Assembly: GCA_045645645.1 (NCBI GenBank)
Contig: JAZRJE010000007.1
Coordinates: 34,735 to 98,734, forward strand
Direction of reading: 5' to 3'
Length of the DNA: 64,000 nt
DNA from: Candidatus Enterousia sp.
Lineage (GTDB): Bacteria; Pseudomonadota; Alphaproteobacteria; Rs-D84
This document shows, in pieces, positions 28,610 to 38,741 of the stretch. The position numbers were made by a program, and so were the translations under genes. Numbering within the stretch: the stretch's first letter is position 1; every line of letters begins with the position of its first letter. The notes beneath the pieces are model-generated. The model saw only the letters and a list, made by a program, of their open reading frames with translations. It had not been told where the DNA came from and did no database searches.

Positions 28610-28943
28610 TTTTATGCATTTTTTTAATCCAGTGCAATGCTTTGCACATGGCGTCCAGTCCTTGATCATATGTTGCGTCCAAGATTTTATGACGTGCAAC
28701 AAAAACGTAATCAAGATCTGCCAGCATCATGTCGTCATATTTTCGAATCCATTCACGCAGCAGCCTTTTTGCACGATTGCGATCAACAGCATGTTTAAAA
28801 GTCTTTTTTGTGACAATCAAACCGTATCTTGCATCATCTTGATATTTAGCTGGTTTTGCCCGAACGATAAAATAAGCAGACATACCCGATAAATCATCGG
28901 GAGTCATTGCAAAATCGTCATGTTTTTTTATTGTTTCACGCAT
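28590..28943 (-). CDS. rnpA: Ribonuclease P protein component
   Basis: GLIVTKKTFKHAVDRNRAKRLLRE (RNR motif), DYVFVAR; upstream of yidD. Confidence 0.9.
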   Translation of the reverse strand: MRETIKKHDDFAMTPDDLSGMSAYFIVRAKPAKYQDDARYGLIVTKKTFKHAVDRNRAKRLLREWIRKYDDMMLADLDYVFVARHKILDATYDQGLDAMCKALHWIKKMHKNANENH

Positions 28944-28997
28944 GTTCCTTATAATAGCATATAAAACAAATAGTCAAACTTTTTTTATTGCCTTACC

Positions 28998-29026
28998 TTG
29001 ATTTTTGCAAATCCCCGTTTTATAGT
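28998..29026 (+). promoter_or_regulatory. sigma70-type promoter for mreB
   Basis: TTGATT-17bp-TATAGT. Confidence 0.55.
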
Positions 29027-29059
29027 GTTACGAACGTATTTATGAATTAATATTCTTAG

Positions 29060-30118
<1,059 letters not shown>

Positions 30119-30125
30119 AAATGTT

Positions 30126-30159
30126 AAAAAAAACACCGGTATTTACCGGTGTTTTTTTT
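30126..30159. terminator. Bidirectional terminator (mreB / typA)
   Basis: A8-CACCGGT-attt-ACCGGTG-T8. Confidence 0.87.
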
Positions 30160-31990
30160 ATTCTTCAATATGTTTCTTTAACTTTTTACGTGTATTGCTG
30201 TCTAATTCTTTTTTGCGCAGACGAATTGTATCTGGTGTTACTTCGACCAATTCGTCATCCAAGATATAAGACAATGCTTCTTCCAGTGAAATGCGACGTG
30301 GTGGGGCCAAGAATAATTTTTCATCAGCTGTCACCGAACGCATATTGGTTAATTCTTTACCCTTGATTGGATTTACTTCCAAATCATTTTCTTTGCTGTG
30401 TTCACCGATAATCATACCTGAATAAACCTCAGTTTGTGGATCGATAAACAGTGTGCCACGTGGTTGCAGGTTAAATAATGCATATGTTGCTGCACTGCCC
30501 TTTTCCATAGATACCAGCACGCCAGGGCGATACTGTTGGATTGCCCCACGATATGTGTCATATTTATCAAATACGCGGTTCATGATACCAGTGCCACGTG
30601 TATCTGTTCTGAATTCTGATAAGTAACCAATCAGGCCACGTGATGGTGCAGAAAATACGATGCGTGTTTTTCCACCACCCGATGCTTTCATTTCTGTAAT
30701 TGTTGCTTTGCGTTTGGTCATTTTTTCAATAACGACACCGCTAAATTCATCATCAACGTCGATTACAACGTCTTCGATTGGTTCTAATTTTTCACCGTTT
30801 TCACCTTCTATCATAACGACGCGCGGACGTGAAACAGATAATTCAAAGCCTTCACGACGCATTGTTTCAATTAAGATACCCAGTTGTAATTCACCACGAC
30901 CAGACACTTCGAACGCTTCATTATTTTCGCTTTGTTCTACTTTCAGTGCAATGTTTGTTTCGGCTTCTTTAAACAGGCGTTCACCAATCATGCGTGAAGT
31001 CAGTTTTTTACCAGATTTACCAGCCAATGGCGATGTATTTACAAAGAAAGTCATGGTCAAGGTTGGTGGATCAATTGGCATTGCTGGTATTGGTTCTGTG
31101 ACGCTTGGATCACACAATGTATCTGCCACTGTTGCTTTTGAAAAACCAGCGACAACAACAATGTCCCCTGCGGATGCAGTGTCACGTGAAACTTTTTCAA
31201 TCCCACGATGTTCAATGATTTTTGTAATTTTAGCGTTTTCAATAAATTCGCCCTTCATATTAATAGCTTTTACAGACTGACCAACTTTTACTGTGCCAGA
31301 TTCAATCTTACCAGTCAGAATTCGTCCAACATATGGATCTGCTTCCAGTGTTGTGGCCAACATTTTAAAAGGTGCATCCAGCTGGCAACGTTCACCGTTG
31401 CAATCTGGTGCAGGTACATGATCAACAATCAATTGGAACAGTGGCGTCAGGTCTTTACGTTCGTCATTTAAGTCACGAACCGCCCAACCATCACGTCCAA
31501 CAGAATACAGGTATGGAAAATCCAGCTGTGAATCTGTTGCGCCCAATTTGTCGAATAAATCAAATGTTTCTGTTAAAACTTCGTCTGGACGTGCGTCACT
31601 GCGGTCAACTTTGTTGATGCAAACGATTGGTCGCAATCCTAATTTTAATGCTTTGGATAATACAAATTTAGTTTGTGGTAATGGTCCTTCGGCGCTATCA
31701 ACCAGCAAAACCACCCCATCAACCATAGATAAAATACGTTCAACTTCGCCACCAAAATCTGCGTGTCCAGGTGTGTCAACGATGTTAATTTTATAATCGC
31801 CCCACTGAATAGATGTTGGTTTTGCAGAAATTGTAATGCCGCGTTCACGTTCAATATCACCGCTATCCATGACGCGGTCATCAACACGTTCGTTTTCGCG
31901 GAAAGTCCCAGCCTGTTTTAGCATGTTATCAACCAATGTTGTTTTACCATGGTCGACGTGCGCAATAATTGCAATGTTGCGAATTTTCAT
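30158..31990 (-). CDS. typA: Translational GTPase TypA/BipA
   Basis: RNIAIIAHVDHGKTT, DTPGHADFGGEVER, SGRGELQL, PRGTLF, EVTPDTIRLRK. Confidence 0.97.
   Translation of the reverse strand: MKIRNIAIIAHVDHGKTTLVDNMLKQAGTFRENERVDDRVMDSGDIERERGITISAKPTSIQWGDYKINIVDTPGHADFGGEVERILSMVDGVVLLVDSAEGPLPQTKFVLSKALKLGLRPIVCINKVDRSDARPDEVLTETFDLFDKLGATDSQLDFPYLYSVGRDGWAVRDLNDERKDLTPLFQLIVDHVPAPDCNGERCQLDAPFKMLATTLEADPYVGRILTGKIESGTVKVGQSVKAINMKGEFIENAKITKIIEHRGIEKVSRDTASAGDIVVVAGFSKATVADTLCDPSVTEPIPAMPIDPPTLTMTFFVNTSPLAGKSGKKLTSRMIGERLFKEAETNIALKVEQSENNEAFEVSGRGELQLGILIETMRREGFELSVSRPRVVMIEGENGEKLEPIEDVVIDVDDEFSGVVIEKMTKRKATITEMKASGGGKTRIVFSAPSRGLIGYLSEFRTDTRGTGIMNRVFDKYDTYRGAIQQYRPGVLVSMEKGSAATYALFNLQPRGTLFIDPQTEVYSGMIIGEHSKENDLEVNPIKGKELTNMRSVTADEKLFLAPPRRISLEEALSYILDDELVEVTPDTIRLRKKELDSNTRKKLKKHIEE
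31178..31193. promoter_or_regulatory. parS-like site inside typA
   Basis: aGTGTCACGTGAAACt matches 13/14 of the parS core GTTTCACGTGAAAC. Confidence 0.5.
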
Positions 31991-32072
31991 ATGTATTATC
32001 CTATATTTTTAAGTTTATCTGCATCAGAGTACACCCAAAAACGCAAGATTTCAACTTTTTTATATAAAAATA

Positions 32073-32102
32073 TTGACATTTGTTTTATTTTGTCTATATT
32101 AT
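32073..32102 (+). promoter_or_regulatory. Near-consensus sigma70 promoter for the ORFan at 32138
   Basis: TTGACA followed by TATATT (16 bp) or TATTAT (18 bp). Confidence 0.55.
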
Positions 32103-32137
32103 CTTCATAAAGAATAAGGTAAATATTGGAGGTAGAA

Positions 32138-32569
32138 ATGATAGATTACAATGCTACATTACAGGATTTTTTTAGTGAAATAATCAATTTTTTAAATAAA
32201 CAACTAGAAAGTGCCAAAGACGAAATTTGTTTTTCCAGAATAGAAGAAGCTATTAACATAGTGCGCAAGATTTCTAGTAATCCTGTTAAATATGCGGATT
32301 ATAATACACGTGTCAAAGAAAATTTGGTTGCAGATGTAAATGCGTTTATGTTATCAGAACGTGATAATTCTGTTTATTTATTGTATCGAGATGTTTTGTG
32401 CTCAATAGAAAATTTAAACAGTCAATATGATTGGAAACGCGGACAAGCACAAGAAAAACTTTTGCAATCATTACGTAAAATCAAATATAAAAATTCTAAT
32501 AATTTATTAAAAAAGATAGAATATTTATTTAAATCATCAGATAAATTTGCAGTACAGAAACAGAAATAA
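32138..32569 (+). CDS. Hypothetical 143-aa helical protein
   Basis: GGAGG SD 5 nt before the ATG, own promoter and terminator; no recognisable motif; ends AVQKQK. Confidence 0.8.
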   Translation: MIDYNATLQDFFSEIINFLNKQLESAKDEICFSRIEEAINIVRKISSNPVKYADYNTRVKENLVADVNAFMLSERDNSVYLLYRDVLCSIENLNSQYDWKRGQAQEKLLQSLRKIKYKNSNNLLKKIEYLFKSSDKFAVQKQK

Positions 32570-32571
32570 GA

Positions 32572-32593
32572 AAAGCCAGCATTTGCTGGCTTT
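32572..32593. terminator. Terminator hairpin between convergent genes
   Basis: AAAGCCAGC-attt-GCTGGCTTT. Confidence 0.7.
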
Positions 32594-32597
32594 AAGT

Positions 32598-33815
32598 TTA
32601 TTCGTATCGCAAACTATCAATTGGGTTTAGTTTAGCCGCTTTCATAGCTGGCATAACACCTGATGATAACCCAACAATAACAGCAACAGAAACAGATAAA
32701 ACCACCGGCCATATGCTAAATGGTACACTGTATCCTAAAATACCGCGCCCTACCCCTTGGGACAAACCTACGCCTATTATTAATCCAATCATAGAGCCTA
32801 GGAAAGAAATCATAATAGATTCCGCCAGGAATTGAATAATAATATGTCGTTCACGTGCACCAATTGCTTTGCGGATACCAATTTCTCGTGTACGTTCTGC
32901 AACAGATACCAACATCATATTCATGATACCAATTGCACCTACTAACAATGATACAGCTGCGATTGCAATTAATAGCAGTTTCATGTACCCAGTTACAGTG
33001 TTCATTGTTTCCATAATTTGTTTCATATCCATGATTTGAAAATCATCAACGGCATCATCCTTTAATCTGTGGCGTTGACGCAACAGAGTTGTTATTTGTT
33101 CAATTGCCAGCGCATTGTCAGCATCAGGATACAGTTTTAGTGCAATCATTTGAACGGCGTTCGGGAATCGAGAACCTTGTAATCGTTTTTTTAGTGTTGT
33201 AATTGGAATTAGAACCATGTCGTCCTGACTGCCCATTGCAGAATCACCCTTTGCCTTGGTTACTCCAATAATGGTCATTGGTGTGTTCATAATTCGTATA
33301 ACTGATCCGATTGGGTTTTGTGGCAAACCTAATTCTTCGGCTGTTTCTGGGCCAATTACAGCATACGTAGATGCGTTACGTACTGCGGACATGTCAAAGA
33401 AAGTACCTTTTTCCATTTCTACATTTTGTACTGTTGTATAATCTGGATACACGCCAATCATCGAAGTTCCCCAGTTTTTATTGCCATAAATAATTTGTGC
33501 AGAACCGTTTTGAATTGGTGATACTGCCATAACGTCAGGTAATTTTGCAATGAATTGTGCGTCATCGATTGTCAATGTTTGTCTGCTACCAGTTCGAACA
33601 CCTGATGTTTGTGCGGCTCCAGCACGTATCATAATGGTGTTTGTTCCCAGTGAAGAAAATTGGTCAGTTATTTCTTTTTGTACTGTTTCGCCAACAGCAA
33701 CCATAATAACCACTGCCATAACACCAATAATAATACCAAGAACGGTCAAAAAAGAACGAATTTTATTGCCACTAATTGATAACCAAGATTCTTTTAATAT
33801 ATCGTTTATACTCAT
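32598..33815 (-). CDS. ABC transporter permease, MacB/FtsX family
   Basis: RSFLTVLGIIIGV, large periplasmic domain, IGIMNMMLVSVAERTREIGIRKAIGA, KLNPIDSLRYE. Confidence 0.93.
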   Translation of the reverse strand: MSINDILKESWLSISGNKIRSFLTVLGIIIGVMAVVIMVAVGETVQKEITDQFSSLGTNTIMIRAGAAQTSGVRTGSRQTLTIDDAQFIAKLPDVMAVSPIQNGSAQIIYGNKNWGTSMIGVYPDYTTVQNVEMEKGTFFDMSAVRNASTYAVIGPETAEELGLPQNPIGSVIRIMNTPMTIIGVTKAKGDSAMGSQDDMVLIPITTLKKRLQGSRFPNAVQMIALKLYPDADNALAIEQITTLLRQRHRLKDDAVDDFQIMDMKQIMETMNTVTGYMKLLLIAIAAVSLLVGAIGIMNMMLVSVAERTREIGIRKAIGARERHIIIQFLAESIMISFLGSMIGLIIGVGLSQGVGRGILGYSVPFSIWPVVLSVSVAVIVGLSSGVMPAMKAAKLNPIDSLRYE

Positions 33816-33836
33816 TTTTGTCCCCCTGCCCCAGAT

Positions 33837-34559
33837 TTACAAATTATGATCGTTTTTAGGTATTTTGCCATCGTAATTTATTTTTCCATCACGAATGTGG
33901 ATCAGTCTATCTGCATATTTTGCGATATCAAATTCGTGTGTGATCATGACAATAGTTATTCCCATATCTTTATTTAGTTCTCTAAAGAATTTTAAAATTT
34001 CATTTCCCATTTTACTATCAAGTGCACCAGTTGGTTCGTCAGCCAGAATTAGTTTTGGATCTCCTGCCAATGCACGTGCAATAGCAACGCGTTGTTTCAT
34101 TCCACCAGACAATTGTGTTGGCAAATATGATTCAAATTTTTCTAATCCGACGCGTTTCAGCATTTCACGTGCGCGTCGTTGTCTTTCATCCATTGTCATG
34201 CCGCGATACATAAGTGGTAACATGACGTTATCCAGTACACTACGCTTAGGTAACAAATTAAATTGTTGAAAAACAAACCCTATATATTCATTACGAACTA
34301 ATGCTAATTCATCTGCTGTCATTCCTGTTATGTCACGACCATATAATTCATAAACACCGCTTGTTGGTGTGTCTAATGCCCCGATTATGTTCATGCAGGT
34401 TGATTTACCTGATCCAGATGGTCCCATAATAGCAACAAATTCGCCGGCTTTTACCGTAAAATTAATGTCAAACAGTACTTGTTGTTCGCCACCTAATTCC
34501 ATCGGAAAGCTTTTGTTTATCTCTTTTAAAGAAATAATAATGTCAGATGATTTTTTCAT
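33837..34559 (-). CDS. ABC transporter ATPase, MacB/LolD-like
   Basis: GPSGSGKST, LSGGMKQRVAIARAL, LADEPTGALD, ITHE. Confidence 0.95.
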   Translation of the reverse strand: MKKSSDIIISLKEINKSFPMELGGEQQVLFDINFTVKAGEFVAIMGPSGSGKSTCMNIIGALDTPTSGVYELYGRDITGMTADELALVRNEYIGFVFQQFNLLPKRSVLDNVMLPLMYRGMTMDERQRRAREMLKRVGLEKFESYLPTQLSGGMKQRVAIARALAGDPKLILADEPTGALDSKMGNEILKFFRELNKDMGITIVMITHEFDIAKYADRLIHIRDGKINYDGKIPKNDHNL

Positions 34560-34631
34560 ATTTGTATTCCTGTTGTATCAGGTATTATTATATCACAAAA
34601 AACGATATACAAAAAATGGAATTTAATTCAT

Positions 34632-34664
34632 AAAAAAAAAGCCGATATTTATCGGCCTTTTTTT
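34632..34664 (-). terminator. Terminator after parB
   Basis: A9-GCCGAT-attt-ATCGGC-c-T7. Confidence 0.75.
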
Positions 34665-35541
34665 AGGATAATTTTTCTATTAATTCGTTTAATTGTATTC
34701 GTGTTGAAAAAGAAATAATAATTTGACCAGCCCCACCACGACGCTCGACGATTTTAACTGGGGCCCCGATGGATTTTTCAATGTTATTTTCCATTACTTT
34801 TAATTGTTTTTTGTCGATTGTTTTTGATGAAAAAGACCGGCATTTGCCAGCACGTGTTCCAGCCTTAACGGCACTTTGTGTTTCGGCAACGGACATTTTT
34901 TTGCTGATAATTTTGTGCGCCAGTTCTTCTGGGTTTTCAGCTACGGCAATTGTGCGTGCGTGTGATGCAGAAATCTCCCCAGATTCGACTAAATTTTGTA
35001 CAGATTTTGGTAATGTTGTTAATCGCATTATATTGCGAATATAACTTTCGGACTTTCCAATCAGACGAACAACATCTGTTAATTCATAGTTACATTGTTC
35101 CATCAGGTTTTTGTATGCATTTGCCTCTTCGATTGGGTTCAAGTTTTCACGTTGTACGTTTTCTATTAATGCAATTTCCATTGCGTTTTCATTGCTAATC
35201 GTTTTAACCAGTGCGGGTATCTCGTTAAGACCAGCTAGTTTACTTGCACGGTATCTGCGTTCACCAGCGACGATTTCGTACATATATGGTTGACCTTTTA
35301 CGGTTCGTAGCAATATAGGCTGCAGTACTCCTTTTTCACGAATAGACGCAGCCAATTCGTTTAATTCTTCGTCATTAAAGGTTTTGCGTGGCTGATCTGG
35401 ATTTGTCCCAATTTGCATCAGTGGTATAGATTTAACGACGACACGTTCTGTGCCAGCTAAAACAGATATGTTTGGTATAGTGCCTTTTGCTTGATTAAGA
35501 TCTGCTAATCCGCGTCCTAATCCAAATTTATTTGCTGACAT
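34663..35541 (-). CDS. parB: Chromosome partitioning protein ParB
   Basis: NPDQPRK, GVLQPILLR, IVAGERRYRA, ENVQRENLNPIEEA, HTH motif GKSESYI. Confidence 0.96.
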   Translation of the reverse strand: MSANKFGLGRGLADLNQAKGTIPNISVLAGTERVVVKSIPLMQIGTNPDQPRKTFNDEELNELAASIREKGVLQPILLRTVKGQPYMYEIVAGERRYRASKLAGLNEIPALVKTISNENAMEIALIENVQRENLNPIEEANAYKNLMEQCNYELTDVVRLIGKSESYIRNIMRLTTLPKSVQNLVESGEISASHARTIAVAENPEELAHKIISKKMSVAETQSAVKAGTRAGKCRSFSSKTIDKKQLKVMENNIEKSIGAPVKIVERRGGAGQIIISFSTRIQLNELIEKLS

Positions 35542-36313
35542 TTTCTAGTCCTTCGGTTTTTTCAATTATCTCTGTGGCCACGCGCAAGTATGCCTGTGCG
35601 CCTGGGGATTTAAAATCGTAGAATAGGGCAGGTTTTCCATGGCTTGGTGCTTCTGATACACGTACATTGCGCGGAATGACTGTTTTAAAAACAGTGTCGC
35701 CAAAAGCGTTTCTAACATCATCTTCGACGGCGCGTGTCAGACCATATTGTTTGTTGTACATTGTTAAAACTATACCCAGTATTTCTAAGTTTGAATTCCA
35801 TTTTTCTCGCACAGCTGTAATTGTGTCGATTAGTTGTGTCAGACCTTCCAGTGCATAAAATTCGCACTGCAAAGGAATTATTAGTGAATCCGCAGCTGTT
35901 AATGCGTTTACAGTTAAATAACCTAGTGCGGGTGGGCAATCCAGCAGGATGTAATCATAATGATCTGAAATTGATGCTAATGCATTGCGTAAACGAAATT
36001 CAGGGTTTTCCATGCCTAGTAAATCGATTTCTAGTCCTGCCAATGCTTGTGAAGAAGGTAATAAGTGTAATCCTGGTACTGCAGTTGATAAAATGTTGTC
36101 TGTAATATTTGCAGTTCCCATTATGACGCCATATGCGCTTTGTTGGTGGTTTGCACGAACGAACCCTAAGCCCGTTCCAGCGTTACCTTGGGAATCTAGG
36201 TCAACCAGTAAAACACGTTTTTTTATTGCTGCCAATGATGCACCAATGTTTATTGCGGTGGTTGTTTTTCCAACGCCGCCTTTTTGATTTGCAAAAGCAA
36301 TGATTTTTACCAT
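35528..36313 (-). CDS. parA: Chromosome partitioning ATPase ParA/Soj
   Basis: NQKGGVGKTT, DCPP, PLQCEFYALEG, IPRNVRVSEAPSHG. Confidence 0.96.
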   Translation of the reverse strand: MVKIIAFANQKGGVGKTTTAINIGASLAAIKKRVLLVDLDSQGNAGTGLGFVRANHQQSAYGVIMGTANITDNILSTAVPGLHLLPSSQALAGLEIDLLGMENPEFRLRNALASISDHYDYILLDCPPALGYLTVNALTAADSLIIPLQCEFYALEGLTQLIDTITAVREKWNSNLEILGIVLTMYNKQYGLTRAVEDDVRNAFGDTVFKTVIPRNVRVSEAPSHGKPALFYDFKSPGAQAYLRVATEIIEKTEGLENVSK

Positions 36314-36431
36314 TTTTCCCTTTCCCGATAAAATTGTTTAAATTCTTGATAACTTTATAAAAATCGTTCGATTCGGTCAAGGTATTAAAAAAACAAAACA
36401 AAAAACATAGTAAAAATAAAGAGTTGTTTTT

Positions 36432-36447
36432 TGTTTCATGTGAAATG
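36432..36447. promoter_or_regulatory. parS-like site 1
   Basis: TGTTTCATGTGAAATG, 12/14 of the parS core, in the rsmG-parA intergenic region. Confidence 0.6.
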
Positions 36448-36528
36448 GTTGTTTTTGTAAAAAGTAAAAAAATATCGGTAAAAGTCGGTGTTTTTTATAT
36501 AATAGTCTAAAAACAATATGTTGATTGT

Positions 36529-36544
36529 TGTTTCGTGTGAAATT
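36529..36544. promoter_or_regulatory. parS-like site 2
   Basis: TGTTTCGTGTGAAATT, 11/14 of the parS core, about 97 bp from site 1. Confidence 0.5.
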
Positions 36545-37103
36545 ATCGGTCAAAATGTACAGAAATAACGTATCCATCACCAGTTTTTGATGGTGTTAAT
36601 TCATAGTTGAATTTGTATTTTTGCTTTGCTTCGTTGATTTCTGTTTCAATTTCTCGGCCTTTTAATAAAAAAAGCCGGCATTTTTTATGTGCGACATAGT
36701 CTAATATCTTTTTTAGTGATGCAAAAGCACGAGCGGTGAATACTAAATTGTCGTTTTTTGCTGGTAATTGCCGAACAAAATCTTCTAATCTTCCGTGGTA
36801 TATTTCAAGATTTTTTAATCCCAGCTCTTCTTTTACGGCACGCAGGAAAGAAACTTTTTTTCCAATAGATTCGATACATGTTACTTTCCAGCCTATTATT
36901 GCCAGTACGACCGCTGGAAATCCAGCTCCGCTGCCCATGTCAGCGATTTGTACGTTCTTTGGTAATATGTCTGCCAGTTGGGCTGAATCAGCTATGTGAC
37001 GATTTTTTATGTCGTTTAGTGTGCTTGGGGCGACCAAATTCATTCGTGTCGACCATTCGCGTAACAGTTTTTCGTATTGTTCAAATTTGACATTATTGCT
37101 CAT
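36543..37103 (-). CDS. rsmG: 16S rRNA m7G527 methyltransferase (GidB)
   Basis: WSTRMNLV, RHIADS, DMGSGAGFP, TARAFASL, LLKG. Confidence 0.95.
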   Translation of the reverse strand: MSNNVKFEQYEKLLREWSTRMNLVAPSTLNDIKNRHIADSAQLADILPKNVQIADMGSGAGFPAVVLAIIGWKVTCIESIGKKVSFLRAVKEELGLKNLEIYHGRLEDFVRQLPAKNDNLVFTARAFASLKKILDYVAHKKCRLFLLKGREIETEINEAKQKYKFNYELTPSKTGDGYVISVHFDR

Positions 37104-37124
37104 AAGCGGTATTCTAACATAATC

Positions 37125-38741
37125 ATGAAGAAAATAGAAAGTTTATTTATTGGTGGTGCATTGTTTTTTGCGGTGGTTGTTGCTGGTGGTGCAATATATT
37201 CTCGTAATTTATCGCAGGGCAATGTTGTACAAACTGTTTTTCCAGATAGCAAATTTGGGGTGTTTTTGGCTGCTCAGCATGCTATATATGTCAACGATTT
37301 TGAAAACGCGGCACGTTTTGCAGAAGGTTTATCAGATACAGAAGTTGTTCTGGTTCAAAATACAAAATATTTGTCAGAATTTTTAAATGGTAAAATGCCA
37401 AGCGATGTTGATTTGTTGAAAAAAGAGCAGGGCGCAGCAGCAAAGATTATATACGATGCGCATCTTGTTTATACAGATCAATGGAAAGCGTTTCACAATC
37501 GTCATAAGACTGATACAGGGGCATTAGCTGCGCCATTTCGTATATGGTCTGCAATAGCTAATGATTGGCGAACGAATACATTCAAATTTATCGATGGGTT
37601 GTCGACAAACGATTCTTGGAAGGCTTTTGTTCGTGGTCAGATATATGCAGAGATGGGTGATATTGACAAGGCGAATATTGAATTTGCAAAAGTTCATCCT
37701 GATTTTATGAATATAAACGACTATTTGTATTTAATGTCGTTTTATACCCATCATGGTTTACTGGAAGATGCACGCATTTTGCAGGATGATTTTATTGCGC
37801 GTCCAGGTGGAATGTTTATGTCTGGGTTTGATGCTTATCCAGTCTGGGAAAGCTTTTCTGGGTACAAAAATCAGTTGGCTTTCAGTTTGGTTCAAACTGT
37901 GTCGCATACACAGATATTAATGTATTCAGATTTAGCAATGTTATTTCTACGATTTGCGGAAATAACTGCACCAGAATTTGCTAAAAATAATGATGCAGTG
38001 AATTATTATTTAGGTCAGTATTTTTACACTAATCGTGGCGATTATAAAAAATATTTTGACAGAATTTCATCAGATTCTCCATTTAAGTTATTTGCAGTAT
38101 TGCGTGAATCAGAACGAACTGGCGATATTCGTGCCTTGACAGCAATGCTTTCAGAAAATCCGTTGTTTGTTCCAGCAATAAATGCGGTTGTTTCGCATAA
38201 TATAAAATATGGTAATCGTCGTGCAGCATTGCGTGTTATAAATCAGGCGTTATCAAATGAGCATTTGCCTGACAGTGGTCGTGCATCATTATTGAAGAGC
38301 AGGGCACATGTATACTATGTTTTTGGTGATTTTGATTCTGCGCAGTCAGATTTATATGCTGCATCAGATATAATAACTGCGGATAGTGAAATTTTATCAT
38401 TGCAGGCGAAAATTTGGGCTGCACAGAATCGTGAAATTGAAAATGCATATGAATATGCAATGTCGTTGGTAAAAATGAATCCGTCAGATGTATTTGCATG
38501 GGATACTTTAGCGTGTGTAGTCTTTGTGCGTGAGGGAGAAGGGGCAGCATTGGAAATTCTAGAGCGTGTAGGAGATGTTTCAACCAACTGTTCTTCGTTG
38601 TTTGAGAGATTGGGGGATTTGTATCGTCGTATTGGTAATTATGATAGTGCCCGAAAAGCTTATAATCGTGCAATTGAATTATCCGATGATGGTTTGGTTA
38701 TTGTTCCAGAATTGGAAAAGAAATTAAGGAAGTTAAAATGA
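37125..38741 (+). CDS. Exported or membrane-anchored TPR-repeat protein
   Basis: N-terminal hydrophobic segment; C-terminal TPRs (AWDTLACV, ERLGDLYRRIG..DSARKAYNRA); promoter TTGACA-17-TATTCT just upstream. Confidence 0.75.
   Translation: MKKIESLFIGGALFFAVVVAGGAIYSRNLSQGNVVQTVFPDSKFGVFLAAQHAIYVNDFENAARFAEGLSDTEVVLVQNTKYLSEFLNGKMPSDVDLLKKEQGAAAKIIYDAHLVYTDQWKAFHNRHKTDTGALAAPFRIWSAIANDWRTNTFKFIDGLSTNDSWKAFVRGQIYAEMGDIDKANIEFAKVHPDFMNINDYLYLMSFYTHHGLLEDARILQDDFIARPGGMFMSGFDAYPVWESFSGYKNQLAFSLVQTVSHTQILMYSDLAMLFLRFAEITAPEFAKNNDAVNYYLGQYFYTNRGDYKKYFDRISSDSPFKLFAVLRESERTGDIRALTAMLSENPLFVPAINAVVSHNIKYGNRRAALRVINQALSNEHLPDSGRASLLKSRAHVYYVFGDFDSAQSDLYAASDIITADSEILSLQAKIWAAQNREIENAYEYAMSLVKMNPSDVFAWDTLACVVFVREGEGAALEILERVGDVSTNCSSLFERLGDLYRRIGNYDSARKAYNRAIELSDDGLVIVPELEKKLRKLK

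Noticed and set aside
36338-36353. CtrA-like site TTAA-N7-ATAAC upstream of parA
   Set aside because: Imperfect and not significant in very AT-rich DNA
36201-36580. ORFs 36201-36401 and 36377-36580 in the rsmG-parA gap
   Set aside because: Low-complexity F/K/N translations of AT-rich intergenic DNA that overlap real genes; no SD
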